A stretch of 64,000 nucleotides of DNA, from positions 4,224,001 to 4,288,000 of the forward strand of contig OZ242195.1 of NCBI GenBank assembly GCA_965205975.1. The letters run 5' to 3'. Below are positions 10,175 to 18,535 of this stretch, one piece after another. Within the stretch, counting starts at the first letter, position 1; each line of letters begins with the position of its first letter. Origin of the DNA: Candidatus Latescibacterota bacterium (lineage in GTDB: Bacteria > Latescibacterota > UBA2968). The notes beneath the pieces are model-generated. The model searched no databases. It saw nothing but the letters and a program-made list of their open reading frames with translations, and was not told the DNA's origin. Both the position numbers and the translations under genes were made by a program.

Positions 10175-10912
10175 ATGAGTGACGTTACGCAAATCGACAT
10201 GACGCCACTGGATTACGGGCGCTCGTTCCTGATCGGGAAAGGAGACGCCAATGAGGCGCGCTTCTGGATCGAGTCGCGCACCCGCATCATTGACGACAGG
10301 CGGGGGATCTGTGAGGATTTCTACCAGACAGCCTCATGCAAGAGCGAGAATACCTTTCACGAGCAGGATCTGTTTATACAGGACAACTACGATTTCCTGC
10401 CGATCTTCAGTGCCGGGTACGGTCTCATTTTCAGGCGCCATGCCTATCTCAGCGACCGCTATCGGGAAACGCGCCCGTACACGGAGATGTTCGGCGGTTA
10501 TGACCTGCACCTTGTGGAAGGCTCGACGATTCGCGAGTTGCCGACGAACGCGGCGATCCGAGAGGAGACGTACCGCTTTGCGCCGCTGGTTTCGCAGACC
10601 GAGATCCGCAACGACGATACCGGCCTTCGGGCACTGATTGAATGCCCGGTTAAGACGATGAATACCCGCCGTGACGACGACCGCTACCAGGTCGATACGG
10701 GTCCGGTCGCCTTTCCAGATCTTTCGGTGCGTCCCGAACGGCTCGTCGATTGCCTGATGCTGGCTTTCGTGGCTTTTAATGTCCCGTACTTCGCCGATTT
10801 CGTGATTGAAGTGCCCACCACGGTCGATCCCGACCACCCCGATTTGCAGATCTACCATTTCTCGAAGATCGTCAGCCTGCCGGCACGCAACCGGCTGTTT
10901 GCGGTCGAATAG
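10175..10912 (+). CDS. Hypothetical protein
   Basis: About 245 aa ORF directly following the operon; no recognised motif. Confidence 0.65.
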   Translation: MSDVTQIDMTPLDYGRSFLIGKGDANEARFWIESRTRIIDDRRGICEDFYQTASCKSENTFHEQDLFIQDNYDFLPIFSAGYGLIFRRHAYLSDRYRETRPYTEMFGGYDLHLVEGSTIRELPTNAAIREETYRFAPLVSQTEIRNDDTGLRALIECPVKTMNTRRDDDRYQVDTGPVAFPDLSVRPERLVDCLMLAFVAFNVPYFADFVIEVPTTVDPDHPDLQIYHFSKIVSLPARNRLFAVE

Positions 10913-10932
10913 ATCGGCTCCGATTTAAGAAG

Positions 10933-10973
10933 ATCGGTACATATTTCAAGTTAAACTTGAGATTTGTACCGAT
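10933..10973. terminator. Long hairpin between convergent genes
   Basis: ATCGGTACATATTTCAAGTT-A-AACTTGAGATTTGTACCGAT, 18/20 paired. Confidence 0.5.
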
Positions 10974-10998
10974 TTCGGGTTTATATCTGTGATATTAC

Positions 10999-12378
10999 TT
11001 ATGACGATGCGATGCGCCGCCGATCCGATTCTACGGCTTCAAACCATGTTTCCAGTTCGCGTTTCATGCGGTGTACGCGGTCTGGCTGTTGTTGGGCGAG
11101 GTCGATGTTTTCGTGCGGGTCGTTGCCAATATTGTAGAGTTCCGGGTCGCCGGGCGGTGATAGTGTCCGCTCCACGGGTGGATTTTCTACTTTCATGAGA
11201 AAATGCGGTACTTCAAAATTTTTCTGGAAAGGCGAACCATCGGATTTGAGTTTTTGCATGGCTTCTTCAATGCGGGGCCAGTAGAGCTTCCATTCCCCAT
11301 CCCGCATCGCGGCATTGCATGTGCCGATGGGGTCGTAGCGGTTGAATTGCCAGTATCGTTTGGTCGGTAATTTTTCGGGTTCACCCTGCAATGCGGGCAT
11401 GACATCCATGCCGTCTGAGGGCGTCTGTATGTCGATTCCGCAGGCGTTTAACAAGGTGGGCATCCAGTCTGTAAAGTGTAGCATTCCGTCATATGTCTTG
11501 CCCTGCGGCAAGCCCGCGGGCCAGCGGATCAGGCCCGGTACGCGAATTCCGCCTTCGAGTACATCGTATTTCATGCCCCGAAAGGGTCCGTTGTAGCGGG
11601 TCTGGTCGTTTTCTCCTTTGCCGAGGTGGACAGGTCCGTTGTCGCTGGTGTAAAGTACGATCGTATCTTCCGCGAGGCCGTGTTGTTCGAGTGTGTCCAG
11701 GATTTGCCCGATTCCGGTATCCATCCGCCGGATCATTCCGTAGGTGAGGCACACGGCTCGGGTGAATTTTTCCATTTCTTCAAAGGGGCGGACGTCTTCT
11801 TCTGGTGCTTCGAGGGGACCGTGTGGCGCGTTATAGGCTACGTAGAGAAAAAACGGCTCTGTTTTGTGCCGTTTGATAAATTCGATGGCGTCCTGTGTGA
11901 ATACGTCTGTGAGATACCGCCCATCTGACCATTTCGGCTGTCCGTTGTATTCGATGATCCAGTTCCAGTAATTCATTCCTCCGTTTAAGAATCCCGCGAA
12001 TTCATCGAAGCCCCGGTTGTTCGGATGATACCGCATGTCGTGTAGTCCGTTGTGCCATTTTCCCACCATTCCCGTTGCATAGCCATTTGCTTTGAATAAG
12101 TCCGCGATTGTGGATTCGCCGAGTGCGATTCGGTCCAGTCCGCGGTTTGACTCTACGCTCAGTGCGCCTACGCGGTGGTTGTAGCGTCCGGTTAAAAAAG
12201 CGGCTCGGGCTGGCGCGCAGATTGGGGATGCGGTGTAGTGCTGATTCAGGCACAGGCCTTCCTGGCCGATGCGGTCGATGTGGGGTGTGTCCAGGTCCGG
12301 GTTTCCATAGATGCCCAGGTCGCCATAGCCCTGGTCGTCGGTCAAGAATACGATTACGTTCGGTCGTTTACGGGTCAT
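10999..12378 (-). CDS. Arylsulfatase (formylglycine-dependent)
   Basis: PNVIVFLTDDQG, CAPARAAFLTGR (CxPxR), GKWH, SDNG. Confidence 0.92.
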   Translation of the reverse strand: MTRKRPNVIVFLTDDQGYGDLGIYGNPDLDTPHIDRIGQEGLCLNQHYTASPICAPARAAFLTGRYNHRVGALSVESNRGLDRIALGESTIADLFKANGYATGMVGKWHNGLHDMRYHPNNRGFDEFAGFLNGGMNYWNWIIEYNGQPKWSDGRYLTDVFTQDAIEFIKRHKTEPFFLYVAYNAPHGPLEAPEEDVRPFEEMEKFTRAVCLTYGMIRRMDTGIGQILDTLEQHGLAEDTIVLYTSDNGPVHLGKGENDQTRYNGPFRGMKYDVLEGGIRVPGLIRWPAGLPQGKTYDGMLHFTDWMPTLLNACGIDIQTPSDGMDVMPALQGEPEKLPTKRYWQFNRYDPIGTCNAAMRDGEWKLYWPRIEEAMQKLKSDGSPFQKNFEVPHFLMKVENPPVERTLSPPGDPELYNIGNDPHENIDLAQQQPDRVHRMKRELETWFEAVESDRRRIASS

Positions 12379-12387
12379 TTTTGTGCC

Positions 12388-13233
12388 TCAGGGCAAGATA
12401 TCTACGATCAACCGATCTGTCTGGTCCGGGTTGCAAGCCCAGAGTCTGTCTGGATTGTACACACGGGGGGCCTGAGGCGGGTGTGTCGGCAATGTCCAGT
12501 CTGGCCTGTATTGTTTGATCAGGGCCAGGACATTTCGATGGGAAATTCGATCTTTTAAGTCGTCGTCGCAGTCGGCTTCTTCTATTACGCGCTGGAGAAA
12601 GCGATAGTCGTAATACGGCAGGTCTGCGCCAAAGATGAGTCGCTCGCGTCCGACTTTGTCGGCGAACCATTTGAAGTCCCATGTGGAGTTCCGTCCATCG
12701 GGGTATTGTACAACTTCGAACCAGAGATTATCGTGCTGTGATAGGTTTTCTGCAGCCCAGGTGCTGGCGTGTACGATAAATTGTGCGTTTGGAAATGTTC
12801 GGGCGGTGCGGTCCATCAAGCTGTCGTGCCAGTGCAGGTTGCACAGTCCGTTTCGCGCGGCTGCGACTTCTACCATGGGGAGGATTTCTTCTTTCATGGG
12901 GGGATGTCCGGCGATTCCGACGAGGCCCAGGTCGTCCATGGCTTTTTCGGCTTCGTCAATGCCGAGTTCGCCAAATCGCGGCTCGATGAGTGCCATGCCT
13001 ATGGGAAATACGTGGGGAAATTTTTTGCACGCGCGGGCAATTGCTTCGTTTTGTTCCCGTATGTCCTGTATTCCCCGGGTGATTGGACTTCCCACGGCTG
13101 TTGGCATTGATATGGCTGCGTAAATACCGGTTTCGGCAAATCGGGATAAGCACATTTGGGCGTTTTGTCCGACGGTGGGTGCGCGGTTAATGGTTCGTCC
13201 AATGTGGTTGTGACAACAGATGTACGGGCGCAT
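12388..13233 (-). CDS. Amidohydrolase_2 family metallo-hydrolase
   Basis: CHNH (HxH), RLIFGADLPY. Confidence 0.75.
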   Translation of the reverse strand: MRPYICCHNHIGRTINRAPTVGQNAQMCLSRFAETGIYAAISMPTAVGSPITRGIQDIREQNEAIARACKKFPHVFPIGMALIEPRFGELGIDEAEKAMDDLGLVGIAGHPPMKEEILPMVEVAAARNGLCNLHWHDSLMDRTARTFPNAQFIVHASTWAAENLSQHDNLWFEVVQYPDGRNSTWDFKWFADKVGRERLIFGADLPYYDYRFLQRVIEEADCDDDLKDRISHRNVLALIKQYRPDWTLPTHPPQAPRVYNPDRLWACNPDQTDRLIVDILP

Positions 13234-13302
13234 AGTGGGTCCTTTTGTGATTGTAGGGGATTAAATTTTTTGCGTTAAAGAGGAAATAAAGCAATAATAT
13301 AT

Positions 13303-13553
13303 GAGGGGTGTGCATAATTCATTTGTTGTGGTAAAACGACGGATAAAGTTTTTTTCTGCCTTCGGCGACTTCTTTTTTGCTTGCCCAAAAAAGAAAGAAA
13401 AAAGGGCACTCTTCAATCGCCAGAGGGGCTGGCACAGCGCAAATTTTTTATGGTGGATCCACAAATGCAGGTGGCCTTCAGATTTTAGGAATACATTGGA
13501 GTGGTTGCGAGTCGGACTTGCGCGCTGTGCGTGATGGCTCTGGTTGATGAGGG
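13303..13553. mobile_element. Orphan IS end / MITE-like structured element
   Basis: Begins GAGGGGTGTGCATAATTC, identical to the IS end at 52370; internal GCACAGCGC/GCGCTGTGC and CCAGAG/CTCTGG long-range stems. Confidence 0.55.
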
Positions 13554-13606
13554 AACTGATGGTTTATTGATGTGTGATTTTAACAATATAATCAAGGACA
13601 ATATAG

Positions 13607-14860
13607 ATGCACGATTATCCATCCCCACAATATACCGCACGGTGTAAGCGTACTCATAGGATCTGTGAACTGAAACCCGATGAGTTTGCGATTTTGGCCG
13701 GGCGGCTTGCAGGTCGAGATTCGCTTTCCGATGAGACGGGGACAGTGTGTCTGGGCTTTAATACGGTGGCCGAGGCAAAGATTGGGGATATTGTGGAGGT
13801 TGAGGGTCGTCTTGAAGGCGATATTTTTTGTGCTTCAGGACTGCGGGTGCTGGTGCCGTCGCGTTCTACAGTCGGGGCTTTATCTCAGGACGTGCAGACG
13901 AATTTGCGCAAGCGCGCCAATATTATCTCGGGGATTCGCCGCTTTTTTGATGAGAAGGGTTTTGTGGAGGTTGAGACTCCTCTGATGGTGCCGCAACCGG
14001 GTATGGAGCCGCATCTCGAGGCGTTTCAGACGCTGTATGAGATGCGTCAGTTTTATCTGCATACGTCGCCTGAGTATGCGATGAAACGTCTTCTTGCGGG
14101 AGGATTTGAACGGATATACCAGGTTTGCAAGGTGTTTCGGCACGAGCCTGTTGGCAGGATGCATACGCCGGAGTTTACGATGCTGGAGTGGTATCGGGCG
14201 TACGCGGATTATACGGATATTATGGTGGATACCGAATATTTGATTGCCGAGCTTGCGACAGATTTATATGGAGAGCCTGTTGTGCGGACGGATGAGTACG
14301 CGGTTGATCTGACGCCGCCGTGGGAGCGTCTTTCTGTGGGGGAGGCGATGTTGCGCTATGCGGGTATTACTGCTGATCCGTATTCGGAGACGGCTGCGTT
14401 TATCAGGCAGGCGGGGCATGAGACGGTTGATAGAGATGATCCGCCAGATGTCGCGTTTTTTAAGGTTTTTCTCGATCGGGTTGAAGCCCATCTGGGTGTG
14501 CAGAAGCCCGCGATTTTGTACGATTACCCCGCGCCGATGGCGGCGCTTGCCAAGCGCAAGTCCAGTGCGCCAGATCTGGCTGAGCGTTTTGAGGTTTATA
14601 TTGCAGGGGTGGAGTTGTGCAATGCGTTTACAGAGTTGAATGATCCGGATGAGCAACGCCAGCGGTTGGAAGAGGAGGCCGCCCAGCGCGTGCGTGAGGG
14701 GAATCCGGCTTATCCGATTGACGCGCGTTTTCTCGCGGCGCTCGAATACGGGATGCCGCCTTCTGGCGGGATTGCGCTTGGGGTGGATCGTCTGGTTATG
14801 CTGCTTACTGGGGCTTCTTCTATAGGCGAGGTTATGGCGTTTCCCATGTCTGATGAATAA
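13607..14860 (+). CDS. epmA: EF-P lysine aminoacylase EpmA (PoxA/GenX)
   Basis: EVETP, PGMEPHL, LHTSPEYAMKRLL, HTPEFTMLEWY, ERFEVY, GIALGVDRL. Confidence 0.9.
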   Translation: MHDYPSPQYTARCKRTHRICELKPDEFAILAGRLAGRDSLSDETGTVCLGFNTVAEAKIGDIVEVEGRLEGDIFCASGLRVLVPSRSTVGALSQDVQTNLRKRANIISGIRRFFDEKGFVEVETPLMVPQPGMEPHLEAFQTLYEMRQFYLHTSPEYAMKRLLAGGFERIYQVCKVFRHEPVGRMHTPEFTMLEWYRAYADYTDIMVDTEYLIAELATDLYGEPVVRTDEYAVDLTPPWERLSVGEAMLRYAGITADPYSETAAFIRQAGHETVDRDDPPDVAFFKVFLDRVEAHLGVQKPAILYDYPAPMAALAKRKSSAPDLAERFEVYIAGVELCNAFTELNDPDEQRQRLEEEAAQRVREGNPAYPIDARFLAALEYGMPPSGGIALGVDRLVMLLTGASSIGEVMAFPMSDE

Positions 14861-14868
14861 ACAAAACA

Positions 14869-14894
14869 GGGTGGAAGATGTGTGTCTTCCACCC
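14869..14894 (-). terminator. Intrinsic terminator for nrdB (possibly also epmA)
   Basis: GGGTGGAAGA-TGTGTG-TCTTCCACCC, followed on the minus strand by TGTTTTGTTT. Confidence 0.7.
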
Positions 14895-14961
14895 CGTATC
14901 AGGCTCTGATTGCCCTTCCCCCGTCAGCCTGAATAGATGTCTTATTGTTCAAGTTTCAGGT

Positions 14962-16143
14962 TTAATCATCCCACTGCAAGGATCCCGCACTTTGATAATC
15001 GGTTACGCGCGTTTCAAAGAAGTTCTTTTCTTTTGCGATGTCGATGGTTTCACCCATCCACGGGAATGGATTTTTCGATCCATATACGCTTTGTAGTCCA
15101 ATCCGTTCCAGGCGGCGATCGGCGATGAATTGCACGTATTCGCGGAATAGGTCTTCGTTGAGGCCCAGTACGCCGTCGGGCACACAATCCCGTGCGTAGA
15201 TGACTTCGTATTCTACGGCTTCGTGGATGAGGTCGTAGATGTCGCGCTGCAGTTCCGTTGTCCATATTTCTGGATTTTCGAGTTTTATGGTGTTGATCAG
15301 GTCGATGCCAAAATTCAGATGTATGGTTTCGTCGCGCAGGATGTACTGGAATTGTTCGCCAATGCCGGTCATGCGGTTTTGCCGATGGAAGGAGAGGATC
15401 ATGACAAAGCCGCTGTAAAAGAAGATGCCTTCCATGATGACGTAAAAGCCGATGAGATTTTTCACGAATTTCTGTATGCCTTCAATGCTTTGTGTTGTAA
15501 AATTGGGGTCCAGTACATCTTCGGTTAGTTCCATCACGAATTTGTCTTTGCCTTCAATGGAGGAGACTTCGTGATACATGTTGAATACTTCGCGTGCGTT
15601 TAGCCCCAGGGATTCGACGATGTAGTGGAACGTGTGCGTGTGGATGGCTTCTTCAAATGCCTGGCGCAAGAGGTATTGCCGGGCTTCGGAGTTTGTGATG
15701 TGTTTGAAGATGGCGAGTACGATGTTGTTGCCGACGAGGCTTTCGCCCGTGCTGAAGAATCCGAGGTTTCGCAAGATGACTTTTCGCTCGGCTTCGTTCA
15801 GCGCATTTGAGCGCCAGAGTTCTATGTCGCGCTGCATGGGCACTTCTGTTGGCATCCAGTGATTGGCGCATCCGTTGAGATAATGCTCCCAGGCCCATTC
15901 GTATTTGAGGGGCATCAACTGGTTCACATCTACCTGCCGACAGTTGAGCAGTCGCTTGTCTTCCGGGTTAATGCGCTTGGTCAAGTCATACGCCTCGCCA
16001 GTGGCACCACAACACAGCGCGGAAGGGGTATTCTCTGCCTCAAAGGGCGCATGAATACCGTTTTGCTGCGCGTGACCACCGTTTTGGTAGTCCATATTTG
16101 CGTGACTTTCAACCTCTTCGTCTTCAAATATGAGCTTAGACAT
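14962..16143 (-). CDS. nrdB: Ribonucleotide reductase beta subunit, class Ic-type (R2c)
   Basis: [16 protein letters not shown] (E134), EEAIHTHTF (F172), [23 protein letters not shown]. Confidence 0.93.
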   Translation of the reverse strand: MSKLIFEDEEVESHANMDYQNGGHAQQNGIHAPFEAENTPSALCCGATGEAYDLTKRINPEDKRLLNCRQVDVNQLMPLKYEWAWEHYLNGCANHWMPTEVPMQRDIELWRSNALNEAERKVILRNLGFFSTGESLVGNNIVLAIFKHITNSEARQYLLRQAFEEAIHTHTFHYIVESLGLNAREVFNMYHEVSSIEGKDKFVMELTEDVLDPNFTTQSIEGIQKFVKNLIGFYVIMEGIFFYSGFVMILSFHRQNRMTGIGEQFQYILRDETIHLNFGIDLINTIKLENPEIWTTELQRDIYDLIHEAVEYEVIYARDCVPDGVLGLNEDLFREYVQFIADRRLERIGLQSVYGSKNPFPWMGETIDIAKEKNFFETRVTDYQSAGSLQWDD

Positions 16144-16181
16144 ATCACAACTCCTTTAAAAAAATGAAATATAATAATGGT

Positions 16182-16799
16182 TCAAGCAGTTGCCTCAATA
16201 ATGGCTTCGCGAAATTTCACGAAACTGTGCGAACGGCTACGGTTAGAATCAATATGAATGCCAATGTCTCTGGCAGCCTCCGTCTTGCGTAGTCCAGTTT
16301 TAAAGTAGCCATGTCGCTTCAAGATGCGTTCGAAAGCTTCCCAGGTGCCTCCGCGGATTGCATCGGGGTGGCGATAGCGTGCTTGATTTGGAATTTTTAT
16401 TGAAACCCTCGGATAAGCATTACACACCGCCTGCCAGTCGCCGAAGTACCATGCCTCCAGTTCTTCAATGGCAATGCGGTTGACCAGTTGCCATGGGCGA
16501 CCACGGGCCTGTGAGCGGGTGAGCAATTGAGTCCGAGAAGCAATGTTTTCCAATTTTTGTTTTAATTGTGCGCAATCGTCGTTATCGCAGTCAACGACTA
16601 CGAAGATGCGATAGTTGTCGGGTAACCATTTTGCATAGGCTCGCAGACGATTTTGCAACTTGTCCAATAGGTCTGGCTTCCCCTGAAAAGGATGAATTCT
16701 GAATGTGCATTCCGCGGACAGCATACGCGGCAACAACTCTCGCAAGAAGGCCTCCATTGAGGGTTCTTCGACGAGTAATTCCAGATGTTGTGCCGTCAT
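16182..16799 (-). CDS. DUF4276 family TOPRIM-like putative nuclease
   Basis: LLVEEPS, VVVDCD (DxD), EELEAWYFGD; coupled to the upstream ATPase by a TAATG overlap. Confidence 0.8.
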   Translation of the reverse strand: MTAQHLELLVEEPSMEAFLRELLPRMLSAECTFRIHPFQGKPDLLDKLQNRLRAYAKWLPDNYRIFVVVDCDNDDCAQLKQKLENIASRTQLLTRSQARGRPWQLVNRIAIEELEAWYFGDWQAVCNAYPRVSIKIPNQARYRHPDAIRGGTWEAFERILKRHGYFKTGLRKTEAARDIGIHIDSNRSRSHSFVKFREAIIEATA

Positions 16800-18073
16800 T
16801 ACCCGCGTCCCCCAAAAGGAGGAGTCGGTTCACCGTGTCTGACCAGCGGGTCTCCCAGGTTGAAATATCCTTCCATCCATAGATGGCCGAGATATGCACC
16901 CTCTTCGACAAATTCCGGTATGCCAGGTATATCTGCGGCGCGGCTTGTTTGTGTGTACCCTTGCTCGTCGCGCCAGAGAACGCGTACCTCTTCGGGGCGC
17001 AGTGCGTTCAGGAAAAACGGCGAATGCGTGGTCGCCAATAACTGTGTGCGTTCGCAGGCCGCACGGCATTCTTCGGCAAGTTCCGAAAGCAATCGAGGGT
17101 GCAAGAAGTTTTCCGGTTCTTCAATGCCGATGAAGGGTGGTGGTTCGGGGTCGTATAACAGTACCAGATAAGCCAATATTTTCAATGTGCCATCAGAAGC
17201 GAATCGCGCCAACACCGGGTTGCTGAATGGCGCGTCCTTGATCTGCAACAATAGACGGCCATCGGGCATGATATCTGATAGCACGCGCTCGATACGCGGC
17301 ACGCGCTGGCGTAGCACCTCAAAGATCTGGTTAAGCCGGTCGGGATGTTGCTCTGCGAGGTGCTGTATAACATTGGCAAGATTGTCGCCGCTTCTTGACA
17401 GTCGCTCCTGCGGTCCTGCTTCAGGCTGACCCCGTGCGCTGTTTGCCGATAGGTATGACACATGCCATCCGGTAATGAAGTCGCGCAGTGCTGCTACGTG
17501 CGGGTGAGCGGCAAGTTGTCCCAAGGCATTGACTGCCAGCAGATCGGGCGATTGGAGCGGTACTTCGTTGCGCGGGTCTAATTGGATCATTCCCTCGTTG
17601 TGCCTGTCCAATTCGTCGTCTGGTTGCTCACCGCTGATCGCCCTGCCCTGTCCCTCGCGATAATCGAGGAATCGGAATGGTCTGCCACGTTGTCCGCGCC
17701 GCCATTGTAACCACTCCTCCATTACAACGGGACGATTGCGGTCTTCGTCAATAGCCAGGTGATAAGTGATTAGAGGTGTGCCTGGTCGTTCGCGGTACTT
17801 GAGTTCGATGACAACGGGATTGATGTTGCCTCGCGTCCGCAGTTCTTTGGCGCGTCCACGCTGATCCCAGGCGCGGCGCAAGCCCGACTCGAAGCATTCA
17901 GATAGAAACACAAATACGTCAAATACTGTTGATTTGCCACTGCCATTGGGACCGAGCAACACAGTCAACGGTGTCAATTCCTTGAACTCAACTTCCCGCA
18001 ACGCACGAAAGTTCTGCACCTTCAAATACTCAATTCGCGCCGGTGCTGTGTATTGTGAAGTTGTTAGGTTCAT
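16799..18073 (-). CDS. AAA_21/ABC-type ATPase (conflict-system type)
   Basis: Walker A GPNGSGKS, signature ASDGT, Walker [14 protein letters not shown]-loop TTHSP. Confidence 0.9.
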   Translation of the reverse strand: MNLTTSQYTAPARIEYLKVQNFRALREVEFKELTPLTVLLGPNGSGKSTVFDVFVFLSECFESGLRRAWDQRGRAKELRTRGNINPVVIELKYRERPGTPLITYHLAIDEDRNRPVVMEEWLQWRRGQRGRPFRFLDYREGQGRAISGEQPDDELDRHNEGMIQLDPRNEVPLQSPDLLAVNALGQLAAHPHVAALRDFITGWHVSYLSANSARGQPEAGPQERLSRSGDNLANVIQHLAEQHPDRLNQIFEVLRQRVPRIERVLSDIMPDGRLLLQIKDAPFSNPVLARFASDGTLKILAYLVLLYDPEPPPFIGIEEPENFLHPRLLSELAEECRAACERTQLLATTHSPFFLNALRPEEVRVLWRDEQGYTQTSRAADIPGIPEFVEEGAYLGHLWMEGYFNLGDPLVRHGEPTPPFGGRG

Positions 18074-18273
18074 CTCTTTTTAATCAGTGTGACGAGCGCA
18101 AGGATGAGCAATCAGTTCATTTTGCCGACAGATGACTGTATTGAATATCGCTCAAGAAATAAGGTCGCCAGTGCGATGAGTCGCAAGGAGACGCCAGAGG
18201 GAGAGGGGGGATAGGAGATAATTTTAAAGCGATTGGGGAATCGCTTTAAATTATTGCTGCACTTCTATTTACG

Positions 18274-18319
18274 ACACAATATTTGGTAATTAGCGAAAAA
18301 AGAGCACAAAATGTTGTGG
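18274..18319 (-). promoter_or_regulatory. Tandem NrdR-box-like operators
   Basis: ACACAATATTTGGTAA (18274-89) and GCACAAAATGTTGTGG (18304-19) match acaCwAtATaTwGtgt; starts are 30 bp apart. Confidence 0.7.
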
Positions 18320-18332
18320 TAAAGATGTGCCT

Positions 18333-18360
18333 ATTATAGTAAAAGTACTCATAATGTCAA
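18333..18360 (-). promoter_or_regulatory. Consensus sigma70 promoter for ATPase-DUF4276-nrdB
   Basis: Minus strand TTGACA (18355-60) - 16 bp - TATAAT (18333-38). Confidence 0.75.
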
Positions 18361-18460
18361 TCAAAAAAGTACATATAATTGATGAAAAAAGTACTCTGAC
18401 CAATTCTGAATATAACTGATGTTGCGCAAGAACTACCGCGGCGAATAAATGGGCATAAAG

Positions 18461-18494
18461 AAAAAGGGAATGCAAAGTGAATTTGCACTCCCTT
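18461..18494 (-). terminator. nrdA intrinsic terminator
   Basis: Minus strand AAGGGAGTGCAAA-TTCAC-TTTGCATTCCCTT followed by a T run. Confidence 0.8.
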
Positions 18495-18535
18495 AGTCAT
18501 TGGTGTCTATCTTTTGAGACTTGCGTTTGATCTTT

